From Octopus vulgaris (Eukaryota), in assembly GCA_951406725.2 (NCBI GenBank), contig OX597826.1, forward strand, positions 11,532,001-11,596,000: 64,000 bases of DNA, in the 5' to 3' direction. Positions 42,764 to 56,706 of this stretch are shown piece after piece (the first letter of the stretch is position 1; every line of letters begins with the position of its first letter). The notes under the pieces are model-generated. The model did not search any database, was not told the origin of the DNA, and saw only the letters and a list, made by a program, of their open reading frames with translations. The position numbers and the translations under genes are program-made.

Positions 42764-43141
42764 TATATATATGTAGTTCTATGCGTACAATCTGCAAGGA
42801 AGAGCACTGAGTTGCTGCAGAGTTCATATTTATTGGAAAACTATAAAGATTTAGGCATGTGTGAAACTCTGAGTATTGATGAGATATTGAACTCTGAGAT
42901 AGTGAATCACTATCAGCTCTTCCCCTATATATGTATGCGTGTGTGTATATATATATATATACATATGTTTGCGTGTATGTGTGCGTACGTGTGTACTTTT
43001 TAGGTATGTGTGTGTGTATGTATACACATGTATGTATATGTATATGCATCTATCAATCTATCTATCTATCATCTATCTTTCTATGTATAGATATAATAAT
43101 AATAATAATAATAATATATATATGCATTTATACATAGATAC

Positions 43142-43186
<45 letters not shown>

Positions 43187-43202
43187 CTTACATACATAGA
43201 TG

Positions 43203-43295
<93 letters not shown>

Positions 43296-43310
43296 GCAAA
43301 TACCATGAAG
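40880..43310. repeat. Extended low-complexity zone: (TATG)n, (TATC)n, (TG)n, a GA-rich tract and (TA)n
   Basis: Direct inspection. Confidence 0.9.
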
Positions 43311-45282
43311 GCAGAGAGTGAGAGAGAGAGAGAGTGAAGGAGAGAGAGGGTAAGAGCGAGAAAGAGGGAGCAAGAGAGAGAGAGAGAGAGTCCGAGAGAA
43401 GGATGATGGGGAGATATGAAGACAAATATCTCACATTATTTCCACCTCCACACAAAACCATTTATGCATTCTGTATCTTTAACATCCATTCTACTACTCG
43501 ACAAGCTGTTCCTCAAAGAGAAATAAATAAAACTAAAAAAAAAGAAAAAGCAAGCCAGAATAAAAAGAACGAAGAAAATAAAGAAGAAGAAGAAGAAGAA
43601 GAAGAAAAGGACTGAAGTCCTGATGTTTCAATTGCTTTGCAAAATGGAGAAATTTAAATACCAGCACTTGGACATTTATTTCCTCATATCATATTTCTTA
43701 TTAGCCACAATTCTCATAAACCTTTTCACTATTTTCCAATATGGCGACTGCATCAACCAATCATTTGACTGCTTCGTGTTTTATTAGTTTTACTCCATGT
43801 TTTTATTGTTAAATTCTATTTTCTGTTTTCATTTTAGCAATTCATATAAAACTAGTTGTACTTCTGCTGTCAAAAATAATGGCTACTTTAAAATATTCTG
43901 TAGATGAATTATTTTGTTAACGCTTAAGACATACCAGGGTGTAAAATAGGCTGCATAGTTAAGAAGTTTGGTCTGTAAACACCTGATTTCGCAACCGACC
44001 CCTTTCTGTGGCATTTCGGATAGAAGACTACTACTGAAATATATATATATATATAAGAGTGAAACGTACAAATTCCTGAAAGTCAAACTGCTTCATGGTC
44101 ACTGAAGACAAAATGGAAAAGGGGTTGTCTCGGAGGCTGGTGAGGGTAGATAGGCTGGAACAGCTTCTGGGATTCGCACTTGCATGAAAACAATTTTTGA
44201 AGGAAAGTTTTACTTCTCTGGCCAATGACTTAATCTGTTTTCCACCTGAAATAATTACATCATAAAAGAGTGATGAAAGCCATTTAAAATACACATATAC
44301 AATTATATTGAGTTCCTTTTCTTTTCTTTTCGTGATAATATTTGTTAATATAATGTGTGAAATAATTTCATCGTAAATCTATTACTGAACTATTAACGCA
44401 AATTACATTGCAAGCGTTGAATTTCAGATGTTTTCCATTTTTTATTAACCTTAGGAAAATTTACATTCTTTGTTCCTTAAAAAAAAAAGGGGGGTAGTAG
44501 ATAAAGTACGAAACAGTTTTGTATTTCTTTATTACATTCTTTTTGACTGTTCTTGTTGACTGTTAATGACTTCTGTATACCAGTTTCATATATAAAGTAA
44601 TTATTTTGTGATGCCTTTGGTGGATTTCCTGGAAAATAGACTGCTAAATAGAGTACATCTTAGGTATATAAAACTACGAATACATTCTATTGTTCACTTT
44701 TATTTATTTGCGTTGGTGATGTCTTTTTTTTTCTGAATTTGTTTTCTGCATAATTGTAGAAACATCTAAAACACGTGCCAAAAAAATATCGACAAATTAC
44801 AAGTGAAACATCTAATCTCAGAGAACTATTGAAATGAAACCAGTGCAACACAAACGTGAATAAGACGAAATTTCGGTGTATACTCGGCTGTATCTAGATG
44901 TTTAAGTAATTTTCTTAACAATCACATAGTTCCGGGTTCCATCTCACTACGATGCAGCGATGCAGCTTGGGCAAGTTTCTGCTACACTAACTCGATTGAC
45001 AAATACTTCGTGAATTGAAAGTGGCAGAGAGAAACTGGGGAAGCCCGTATATGTGTGGGTGAGCGAGCGAAGGGAGACAGTGAATACTTGTGTGTATGGA
45101 TGTGTATCTTTTTGCACATGGACATCGGTGAGAGATGTAAACCGAAAATTGGTGCTTTAAAAAGAAACCTACTGTATATTTGTTCCGCACCAAACAAAAT
45201 ACACTCCCTTCTCATTATCGTCCCCAGAAAAGGAATGAGTCTTCGAGTGGTCTTTTCAAAAGTTACAAGCAACGATGGTACT

Positions 45283-47572
45283 AGTTTCAAATTTTAGCAC
45301 AAGGCCAGCAATTTCGGGGAAGTGGCTAAGTCTATTACACCGACCCCAGTGTTCAACTGGTACTTATTTCGCTGACGTCGAAAGAACGAAAAGCAAAACC
45401 GATCTCGATGGGATTTGAACTCAGAAAGTGAAGACATACGAAATGCCGTTATGCGTTTTGTCCGGCGTGCAAACGATTCTGCCAGATTGCCGCCTTCATA
45501 ACCAACAATGATATTCTTTTCTACTCTAGGCACAAAGCCCGAAATTTTGGGGGAAGGGGTCCAGTCGATTATATCGACCCCAGAATGCAACTGGCACTTA
45601 ATTTATCGATCAGGAAAGGATGAAAGGCAAAGTCAACCACGGTGGAATTTGAGCTCAGAACTTAAATACCGGTCAGCGGTATTTCACCCGGCGTGCTAAC
45701 ATTTCTTATTTCTTTACTGCCCACAAGGGGCTACACACAGAGGGGACAAACAAGGACAGACAAACGGATGAAGTCGATTATATCTTCCCCAGTGCGTAAC
45801 TGGTACTTATTTAATCGACACCGAAAGGATGAAATGCAAAGTCGACCTCGGCGGAATTTGAACTAAGAACGTAACAACATACGAAATGCCGCTAAGCATT
45901 TCGCCTGGCGTGCTAACGTTTCTGCCAGTTCGCCGCCTTGTAACCAACAAAGATATTGTCACCAAAATATATAAAGTCAAATAAAAGCAATGGAGCAATC
46001 CTATTACCATCACAAACTTTTCTAACTTTTATTAATATCACAAAACTTTCGAATACATTACTGGTTACCCGCCAATGGCAGGCGGCATTTCGTCCGTCTT
46101 TACATTCTGAGTTCAAATTCCGCCGAAGTTGACTTTGCCTTTCAACCTTTCGGGCTCGATAAAATAAGTACCAGTTGAACACTGGGGGTGAATGTAATCA
46201 GCTTATACCCTCCCCCAAAATTGCTGGCCATGTGCCAAAATTTGAAATCAATACTAGTGCTAAATAAGGCAGTGAGCTTTCCGGCATTTCGTCCGTCTTT
46301 ATGTTCTGAGTTCAAATTCCGCTGACGTCGATTTTACCTTTCAGTCTTTCGAGATCGATAAAATAAGTACCAGTTGAACACCGGTGTCGGGGTAATGGAC
46401 TAATCCCTCCCCCGAACTTGCTGGCATTGTGTCAAAATTTGAAATCAATATCGGTGCTAGATAAGGCAGCGGGCTGACAGGATCATTAGCATGCGGGCAA
46501 AATGCTTTCCGGCATTTCGTCCGTCTTTACGTTTTGAGTTGAAATTCCACTGAGATCGATTTTGCCTTTCCTTCTTCGGAGTCGATAGAATAAATACCAG
46601 TTGTACACTGGGGTCGATGTAATTGACTTAGTTCCTGCCCCGAAATTACTACCCTCGTGCCAAAATTTAAAAATAATAATCAGTACTAGATAACCAGTAA
46701 ATCTTCATCCGGGTTTACTGTTTTGCGGTTCTAACGAGGAACGGATTTGGTGAAGGGACTTTTCGTCTTATTTTTATTACTTCGTAACTGACAGCGGCAA
46801 GCTGGTAGAATAATTAATGCGAAGGATAAAATGCGTAGCGGTATTTCTTCCGGATCTTTATACTCGAGTTCAGATGCCACTGGGGCCGACCTTGTCTTTC
46901 ATCCTTTCGTGCTCAGTAAAATAAGTACCCGTTAAGTACTGAAGTCAATGTAATTAATTTACCATTCCTTTCAAAACTTCTGGCTTGTGCCCGAAATTAG
47001 AAAGGCCTATTTTCTAATACAAAAATGGTTAAACATAGACCCTTAGATTTAATACTAGATCGGCTCGGACTTTACTTCTGAATTAGATTATGTCTTGAGA
47101 AAAAGGCAGAGATCTATCACTGCTAATATAACGGATGGAACAAGGCGGTGAGCTGGTTGAATCGTTACAACGCCGGACAAAACGCTTAGCGGCATCTCGT
47201 CCGTCTTTACGTTCTGAGTTCAAATTCCGCCGGGGGCTGATTTGCTTTCACCCTTTCGGGGTCGATAAAATATGTACAAGATTTGAGTACTGGGGTCAAT
47301 GCAATCGACTTAATACCCGCTTCCTCCAATATTTCTGGGCGTGTGCCAAAATTTGAAATCAGTATTGGTACTAGACAAGGCGTCGAGTGGCACAATTCTA
47401 AGCACGGTGAACAACATGATTTGCGGCAGTTCGTCCGTCTTTACATTCTGAGTTCAAATGGCGCCGAGGTCGACTTTGCCTTTCCTCCTTTCGAGGTCGT
47501 TAAAATAAGCATCAGCTAAGCTCTGGGGGTCAGTTAAACTTGCTGGCCTTGGGCCAAGATTTGAAACCAATA
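45283..47572. mobile_element. Dense cluster of about ten Meta-domain SINE copies (minus strand to ~45940, plus strand from ~46080)
   Basis: Repeated ttctgagttcaaattccgccgaggtcgactttgcc motifs in both orientations. Confidence 0.85.
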
Positions 47573-47606
47573 TCTTATCATATATTCGAAAGATTCCTCC
47601 CCATTA

Positions 47607-48142
47607 GGGGCAGGAGTGGATGTGTGGTAAGTAGCTTGCTTACCAACCACATGGTTCCAGGTTCAGTCCCACTGCGTGGCACCTTGGGCAAGTGTCTTCA
47701 ACTATAGCCTTGGGCCGACCAATACCTTGTGAGTGGATTTGGTAGACGGAAACTGAAAGAAGCCTGTCGTATATATGTATATATGTATGTGTGTGTATAT
47801 ATGTTTGTGTGTCTGTGTTTGTCTCCCCAACATCGCTTGACAACCGATGCTGGTGTGTTTACGTCCCCGTAACTTAGCGGTTCGGCAAAAGAGACCGATA
47901 GAATAAGTACTGACCCCAGTACTCAACTCCTGTACACATTTTATCAACTTCGAAAGGGTGAAAGCAAATCAGCCCCGGCGGAATTTGAACTCAGAACGTA
48001 AAGACGGACGAGATGCCGCTAAGCGTTTTGTCCGGCGTTGTAACGATTCAACCAGCTCACCGCCTTGTTCCTGGGGTCGATTTGCTCGACTAAAGGCGGT
48101 GCTCCAGCATGGCCACAGTCAAATGACTGAAACAAGTAAAAG
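47607..48142 (+). mobile_element. CORE-type SINE carrying an inverted templated insert (47911-48071)
   Basis: Family match on both sides of the insert. Confidence 0.85.
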
Positions 48143-48690
48143 GGTATTACTTTGCCGTTGAGCTGAAAGAAAATATAGACGAAAAGAAAAAATAATTTTA
48201 ATATTACATGTTTGTTAGAGTTTGTGGCGAACGAAAATCGCTCTGTTCTATGAATAAATAATGTCTTTGCTTAGAAAAGAAACATCATAAAACTGGTTCT
48301 AAATTTTATAACGGTGAATAGAAGTTTACTTATTTTTAGTAAATGAGAGAGACATAAAGAACAAAAAGATCGCAAGTGAAATGGAATCAGAGAAAGAACA
48401 GAAGCATCTGAGAAAGAAAAATTGGCATTTGATAGCAGACGTTTTCAGTTATAAATTATTTTTAAATATCAGTAAATGCAAATATATGACCATATGTGAA
48501 TAAATAAACGAACGTAAGAGATCTCTATTACTATTCCTTATATTTATGCATGTGAGAAGAAAGAAAGAATAATAATAATAAATAGAAATTAACAAAAATA
48601 TTCTTTGTATTTTCGCACTTTTTTTTTTAATGTTATTTTATAACTGCATACGGATACATGTGTACACATTGCGCAAACGCACTTGCAGTG

Positions 48691-48691
<1 letters not shown>

Positions 48692-48745
<54 letters not shown>

Positions 48746-48768
48746 GTATATATATATATTATAAGAAA

Positions 48769-48818
<50 letters not shown>

Positions 48819-49097
48819 TGTATATATAAAATATATATATATATATATAATATATATATATATGTATATATATATATGCTCATATATGAATCAATCAATC
48901 AATCATATATATATATGTGTGTGTGTATATATGTATATGTATATATATATATGTATATATATATATGTATATATATATATGTATATATATATATTTATAT
49001 ATGTATATATATTTATATATATATATATAAATATATGTATATATATATGTATATATATATATACATATATATGTATATATATATATTTATATATATG

Positions 49098-49135
<38 letters not shown>

Positions 49136-49183
49136 ATGTATATATATATATACATTTATGTATATATATACATATATGTATAC

Positions 49184-49250
<67 letters not shown>

Positions 49251-49270
49251 CACACACAATATATATGAAT
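48692..49270. repeat. (TA)n-dominated microsatellite
   Basis: Direct inspection. Confidence 0.98.
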
Positions 49271-49395
49271 ATATCTTACAGTGTTCAGAGCATGAACGAG
49301 AGCACACGCACACATTGGTATATATTTTCATTTATGCTTTGCGTTCCAACTAAACATTAAAAAACATGACATTTCTTTCTTCATTCTCCTCTCTC

Positions 49396-49431
<36 letters not shown>

Positions 49432-49720
49432 TCTCTCACTCTCTACTTCCTTCACACTCCTCCATTTCTCTCTCTGTACATCCATCCTTAGTAAATGTCA
49501 CCAGAAAACTGCTGTTGAAACATTAACATTTTTTACGTGAATTTCAGGAATTCACAACTTTTGGACTTCGTCAACATAAATAAAAAGTATATCATAAGAA
49601 TAACAATAACAAAACAACAGACAACAATTATGAAGTTTATTTACAACTGTGGACAATCATTCAGAAGTTCTCCAAGAGTAGACATCTTCGTCTTTGGATG
49701 TCATAACAATTGTTAGCAAA

Positions 49721-50053
49721 GGCATAGGCACAGGCGTGGCTGTGTGGTAAGAAGCTTGTTTCTTCACCGCATAGTTCCGGGTTCAGTCCCACAGCATGGC
49801 ACCTTGGGTTAGTGTTTTCTACACTAGCTTCGGACCGACCAAAGCCTTGTGGGTGGATTTGGTAGACAGAAACTGAAAGAAGACAATCGTATATCTATGT
49901 GTGTGTATATGTTTGTGTGTGTGCGTGTGTGGATGTGTGTGTGTGTGTGTGTCTGTGTCCCACAGTCGCTTAGCAACCGTTTTTGGTTTTGTTTACGTAC
50001 CCATGACATAGCGGTACGGCGTAAAAGACCGATAGAATAAGTACCAGGCTTCA
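49721..50053 (+). mobile_element. CORE-type SINE, 3'-truncated
   Basis: Family match. Confidence 0.8.
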
Positions 50054-50568
50054 AATCTGGTGGAAGTATATAAGTATACTTATATATATATATATATATA
50101 TATAATTATGTAGTATATATATATATATGTGTGTATTATATATATATATCAGGTATTATATATATATAAGTATACTTATATATATATAATACGTGAAGTG
50201 TTGAAACGGCTGTATTCTTAGAACGTCGAACAAAATCCTTTGTCTCTTTATTGAGAAACAGCATTTTCAAATCCTATCGAAGTCATTTTTATCGTCCATA
50301 TTCTTGGAATCAATAAATAAAGTTCCTGCCAAGTACTGGAGTCATTTAGAGTCGAACGGAATTATATTAGAAGAATAAGAAGCCAACAATTTACTGATGC
50401 TTTATTTTATCGGTCCATAAACGATGAAAGGCCAATAAACTTCGGCGGAATCTGAACGCAGAATGCAAGAGGACTCATCACAACTCAACATTTTACTACT
50501 TTAAGCCAGACTCCCGTTCCAATGCCAAACTTCAGTCATGACGAAGTAATCATTAATTAACAGTAGCT

Positions 50569-50970
50569 AAGGCAGCGAGCTGGCAGATTCGTTAGTACAC
50601 CGGGCGAAATGCTTCGCGGTGTTTCGTCTAGCACTACGTTCTGAGTTCAAATTCTGCCAAGGTCGACTTTGCCTTTCATCCTTTCGGGGTCGATTAATTA
50701 AGTACCAGTTACGCACTGGGGTCGGTGTAATCGACTTAATCCGTTTGTATGTCCTTGTTTGTCCTCTCTGTGTTTAGCCCCTTGTGAGTAGTAAAGAAAT
50801 AGGTGTTTCGTCTAGCACTACGTTCTGAGTTCAATTTCCGCTGGGGTCGACTTTGTCTTTCATCCTTTCGGGGTCGATTAAATAAGTACCAGTTACGCTC
50901 TGGGGTCGATGTAATCGACTTAATCCTTTCACCACAAAATTTGAAGCCTGGTGCTTCCAGTAGAAAGAAT
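50569..50970 (+). mobile_element. Meta-domain SINE, tandem dimer
   Basis: Both units share the private variant ggtgtttcgtctagcactacg. Confidence 0.85.
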
Positions 50971-51240
50971 TACTTTATTATTATTTTTAGATTCATATTC
51001 TGAAGACCATGCATCTTTTACCTGTTATTTGTTTCAGACATTTGGCTGCCACCTCTGCATTTCAATGGCATTCCTTTTATCGACCCTAAGTGAGTGAAAG
51101 CTGAGGTTGAACTGGACATGATTTGAACTCCGAACGTATTAATCCGGAAGAAACAGTGCGATTCATTTTTTTTCTTTTCATATTTTCTTTTGCTCAGCGT
51201 GATAATGATTCTGTTAGAACACCGCCTTCATTTCTACGGC

Positions 51241-51326
<86 letters not shown>

Positions 51327-51483
51327 TAACAGTAATTTTCAAATAAATAGGTTTTATTTTTTTTACAATTTCTCCTAATTTCCACTTTTCGTCTCCATAT
51401 GCAATCATTGAAGTATAACTGTTTACTATACCTTTAAAAAAGCTTCCCTTAAATAATGCTTTTTTTTTTTTTTTACTTTCCCT

Positions 51484-52146
51484 TCAGTTGTCACTGAAGT
51501 CTATAGGAATGGTCTTTTGTGTTTCTGATTTTTCACTACCTCTCGTTATTTTCAGAACCATTTCATTGATTTGTTTTGTAATTGCATTCCTAATATCACG
51601 ATCGATAAACCAAAATGTTGGAATTATTCCGGCGCTGCATAAAGACAAATAGGAAAATATTTCTATAATCGCCCATAGTAAATTACTCTTGTTTTCAACT
51701 GAAGTCCTCATCAGATGCAAATGAAAGCATTTGAGAATAAATACAGTTGATGCAAATATGCAGTTTGTAATTATACCTGCAATTAATGAGCTACGAATCA
51801 GCTGACGGTCGGCGTTCGTAAGCAGACGATACGACATTAAACCGCGGGATTGGAGTAAGCAGACGATCACAATCGTCGTACTGGTGGTTGTCATTAAGCT
51901 CAACACAAAAGTAAGCCACTGGAAACCTAAATTGGTCTCTTGATTAAGGGTGAAGTCACATTCGTAATATATTTGACTGGAGTTGTTGTAAAAACCAAGG
52001 AAATATATGGGCATCACGGTGATAACTGTTCCTAACCATGGTATGTATAGCAGAAGACTAGAACCAAAGTTATTCACTCTTTGTAAATAACGGTATGGAT
52101 TGGTCGCCTGAAGAACTCGGTCGATGCTGATCGCAAACATATGAAA
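51484..52146 (-). CDS. Terminal coding exon of a divergent rhodopsin-like (class A) GPCR, TM3 to C-terminus; upstream coding exon(s) not identified
   Basis: Open 220-codon frame in unique sequence after a pyrimidine-rich acceptor (ttttcattctattttcag|TTT CAT ATG). Protein has AISIDRV (DRY-like), P-x-R-Y in ICL2, TM4 Trp (IPW), an ECL2 Cys (YECDF), three further hydrophobic segments and a helix-8-like DRDIRNAI. Confidence 0.85.
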   Translation of the reverse strand, partial: FHMFAISIDRVLQATNPYRYLQRVNNFGSSLLLYIPWLGTVITVMPIYFLGFYNNSSQIYYECDFTLNQETNLGFQWLTFVLSLMTTTSTTIVIVCLLQSRGLMSYRLLTNADRQLIRSSLIAGIITNCIFASTVFILKCFHLHLMRTSVENKSNLLWAIIEIFSYLSLCSAGIIPTFWFIDRDIRNAITKQINEMVLKITRGSEKSETQKTIPIDFSDN

Positions 52147-52498
52147 CTGAAAATAGAATGAAAACAAGAAAATGTAAAGATCAAAGAATTAAATTAAATG
52201 CTTTCTTCCGATTTAAATTTATTTCAACAGAAAGTACAAGACTATCGATATGATAAATTATACATTAGTACAATATTCAATACGAAACAAGCATTATGCA
52301 TTCATATATGCATACTTCTTTCTCCATTCTTTCCAAATTCCTAAACAAAGAAATACAGTCGGCCTATGACTAAAGACAAAAGCCACTTTCGAGGAAATTT
52401 TGACATCGTTGAACTAACAGACTTTATATGCTAAACTCTTTGCATATATTCCCTTTTCCATTTTTGGAGTAAATCTACCGTTCCAGCCGCTATTCCTC

Positions 52499-52542
<44 letters not shown>

Positions 52543-52558
52543 GCATGCACAATTGCGC

Positions 52559-52638
<80 letters not shown>

Positions 52639-54011
52639 GCAATCCTTCATTTACATACGGACTGATATATCAAAATGCTTATGACTTATCGTGGGATATA
52701 TTGTCATGGATATAAATCTGAATATAACTGATCTTCATTCATTCGGTCTACGTTGTGAGATATCAGTTCAACCACCGTCTATCTGGGTTTTTTTTTTATT
52801 AATCCACCTTTTCAGCTATTCATGTATCTTTCCTTCCATCAGCTAATATAATATCTACAAAAAAAAGGATATATCCAAATATATATAACAAATTATCTAC
52901 ATATGAAGAGTATACGCCGACATTTAGAAGCAAAATAGTCGTGGGCTTTATCTGTTGTACATCCGTCTGTGCTTCATAACTCAGATTTGATCTCAGATCC
53001 TTTGCTCATCCCGAAAGGCCATCCTCTGCTACTGGTTTTCTAATTAACGACACAAAATAAACCTCATCTCCAACATTCTTACGTAAAATGTTACTGTAAT
53101 TTGGATTATTAATTTTCATACAAATTCATGTGAGAATTGTAAAGGGACATATAGATATGAAATGCAATCTAGCTTGCATTGAATATCTACGAAGTCACTT
53201 GTAAAATTGCCTAAGTATGATGGTCAAAGGGAAAATAAAACAAAATGTAGGAGACAAACAACAATAGACACAGAAAAGTGAGAATTCTGTACGAGCTTGA
53301 AACAGATGAGGTTCTTTAGAAATGAATTCCTTAGTAATTCGTGTCTGAAGATGGCCATGGTTGCATGCTGAGAACAATGAAGGTGTTTATCAGTTTCCAA
53401 GTTATGTCTATCTTCTGTTAAACATATCTGGAAATTCTGAATTCCGAATTCTGGCAAATGCCACACAATTCCTTACTGTAGGATGAATATCTTTACTTGA
53501 ACGAAATACAGAGCGGCGATTGCTTCCTTCACACTTCAAGGAAAGAACTGAGATGTGATAACAATCTGTTGGGATCTGGAAACAGAATGCATTAGATTTA
53601 TACTACGGTGTTGGTAGGAGAAAGGAAATATTGCAAGGGGGATGAAAAATATGAATATCTTGATTGTTGAAAAAAGATGCCACTTATAGAAGTTTCTCGG
53701 TTTCAGAAATTACAAGCAAGGCATTTAGTAGAACCATTTAAGAGAACTAGTTACATTCAGACAATTCCAAATACTTAGCTGCTCAAAGTATGACAATTCC
53801 AAGCCACAATCAATGTATCCCAGGAACGCTTCAGACGAACCCTCATTATTGATGATGATTTGGATAACTCTCAGATATGAATACATGTAACTGCTACATC
53901 GTTTCCAGACCAAAATTAAGAAAAAATAGTCTTCCCTGTGTCACTCTGTGCTAAATAATAATATACATACATACATACATACATACATACACACAGGCAA
54001 TGCATGCATAA

Positions 54012-55116
54012 TACTTACTTAGTCCCACTTGCGGCCCACACATCTCTTTCATCAGTGTTACAGTGTTTGTATACCATTGGTAAAGAAGCTTTCCTACTGT
54101 TAATCAAAAAGTCATCAATAGCAGATCTGACATCATCATTACTGCAATACTGGTTTCCAGCCAAGTGTTTTTTCATATTCGGGAACAGATGATAGTCAGA
54201 TGCGGCCAAATCAGGAGAATAAGGAGGGGGTGATCAATCAGTTTAAAGCCACTGTCACGCACAGCAACCGTTGAAAGCAAAGACTTGTGTGCTGGAGCAA
54301 TGTTCGGATGAAACAAAACCTCTTTCGTCAGTTTTTCTGGACGTTTGTTCCTCATAGCCTTTCGTAACTGTTTCAGCAAGCTGGCAAAATACTCTCTATT
54401 GATGGTGTGGCCCTTTTGAAGTTATTCAATAAACGCATTGCCTTTTGCGTCCAAAGAAGCTGAGGCCATCACCTTCTCTTGGCCTTCTTTGGAACAAGTG
54501 AGGAGGGATGTTTCCACAGCATGGATTGTTTCTTTTTCTCTAGCACAAAGTGATGAAGTCAAGTCACATCCTGGGTTAGGAAATGTTCATGGAAATTAGC
54601 TGGATCAGACTCAAACAATGTCAGGATTTTTTCGTAATGTGATCAGACTGGTGCGCTTTTGATCAGGTGTCAAAAGACGTGGCAGCCACTGAACAGAAAC
54701 CTTCATGAAGCCAAATTCCTTGTGCAGAATATCCTCAAATCTCTCACAGGATATGATAATAGCATTGACTATCTGATTTATAGTCGATCGCCTGTCATCC
54801 ATCACCATGTGAGGAACACCAGTAATGTTTTTCCCGGTGGTGGCAGTTGCAAGATTCTCCCTTCCTCTCCTAAATTCAGCTGCTCACTTTTGCACTGTCG
54901 ATAAAGCTGGAATCTCATCCTCTAATGTAGTAACCATGTCAGCATGAATACCCGTAGTGTCTAACCCCTTTTACTGCAGGTGCTTCACGACGCCAAATTT
55001 TGTCGATTTTCAAGAGAAGTTGCTACTAGTTACTTCTGAAGTCTTCTTTGAACAGTCAGATATACTAGCATCACTCCTTCTTAGTCGGCCTATGAACTTT
55101 TCAGCCCACCCTTGTA
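54012..55116 (-). mobile_element. Decayed mariner transposon (second lineage)
   Basis: 5' TIR tacaagggtgggctgaaaagttcata; fragments KVSVQWLPRLLTPDQK, FHPNIAPAH, SDYHLFPNMKKHLAG; many frameshifts. Confidence 0.9.
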
Positions 55117-55392
55117 TACGCGCCCTTGTATACGCACACATTAACACATACACATACATACACATCTATACCTATCTTTTATCTTTTACTTGTTTCAGTC
55201 ATTAGACTGCGGTCATGCTGGGGCACGCACCACCTTGGGGGAATTTTAATCGAACGAATCGACCCCAGTACTTCCTTTTTAATTTTGATACCTATTCTAT
55301 CAGTCGCTTTTGCTGAACTGCTAAGTTACAGGAACGTAAGCCCACTAACACCGATTGTCACGCGGTGTGGGGGAGAAACAGAGACACAAAGA

Positions 55393-55435
<43 letters not shown>

Positions 55436-56706
55436 ATATGTAATTTCATTGATAAATTTGACCCACGGCAGTACTTTCGGTACCTCGGCACAAGAAGCCA
55501 GTGGAAGGATTTTAATGTCATTTTAACATTGAAATATTCTATATTGTTGAGGGCACAGACCTAGTGGTTAGGGTGTTGCGGTACGTTGTGTTTTTGCGCA
55601 AAACACTTCATTTCTCGTTCCTCTGAGATCACTTCGACACCTGGGGCGGGGTACACCGGGGCACGTACATCGTCTCCGATGGGAGTGTCCATCATTAAAC
55701 AATATTGAATCCTTGGGGTTTGGCTGCCAGCATCAATTTCTGTTCAAACTGATTTCATATTCAGTGTAATGATACACTTTTATAGGATAATGGATGGCGC
55801 GAAAATCATTTTCGCTATAAATCAATAGATAAAGAGTTATTAGCAATTATAGCTTGAAATTTTTTGGTAATTTTAGCCAATCGCAAGCCACAGACACATT
55901 CATGCCTATTTCCATAGTAACAAGCGGGAGCATGAGAACTCTTTTGTCTGCGAGAAAGCACGTGTTGACAAATATATTCCTTTCTACTCTAGGCACAAAC
56001 CCGAAATTTTGGGGGAGGGGCCAGTACTTAATTTATGGACCCCGAAAGGATGAAAGGCAAAGTTGACTTCGGCGGAATTTGAACTCGGAACGTAATGTCG
56101 ACAAATATATTGAAACCAGTTTTTTAAAAATGTTTCGACTGGAAATTTTACTGTTTGATTACGGCAGCAAGTACTGGTAACCTCGTTTCTATGATGGAGA
56201 CACTAAGAACAGAGTTTGCTAAAAATAACAGCTAAATAACCTTTTGGATAAATCTTTCAAGTTCGTACTATCACATTAAATGCATATTGAAAGCTTAAAA
56301 CTACAAAATAAGTTGTTTAATCGTTTCGTTTTGTCATTGAGGTGGTTCTAAAAATAACAACTAAAAACGTTTTTGGATAAATCTTTTAAGTTCGTGCTAT
56401 CGCAATGCTTAAAACTACAAAAAACGTTGCTTACTCTTTCTTATCAACACGTGTAATTTTCCGGATATTGACGACAAAATGTGCGGCCACACACAAAATG
56501 ACAGCTTCCAAATCCTGTTTTCTGACTGTTTGAAAATGATCAAACTTTAAACCTCTATAACTCTTTAAACACATTTTCCTTTAAAAAGTGAAGTAACTGC
56601 ATCAATTCAGCTTGGAAAAGTATATTAATGTGCCAAATTTTAAAATCTTCGATAAACTTTTTTGAAATGCTGGCAACCAAACCAAAAAAGATCCACAATA
56701 TTTTAT

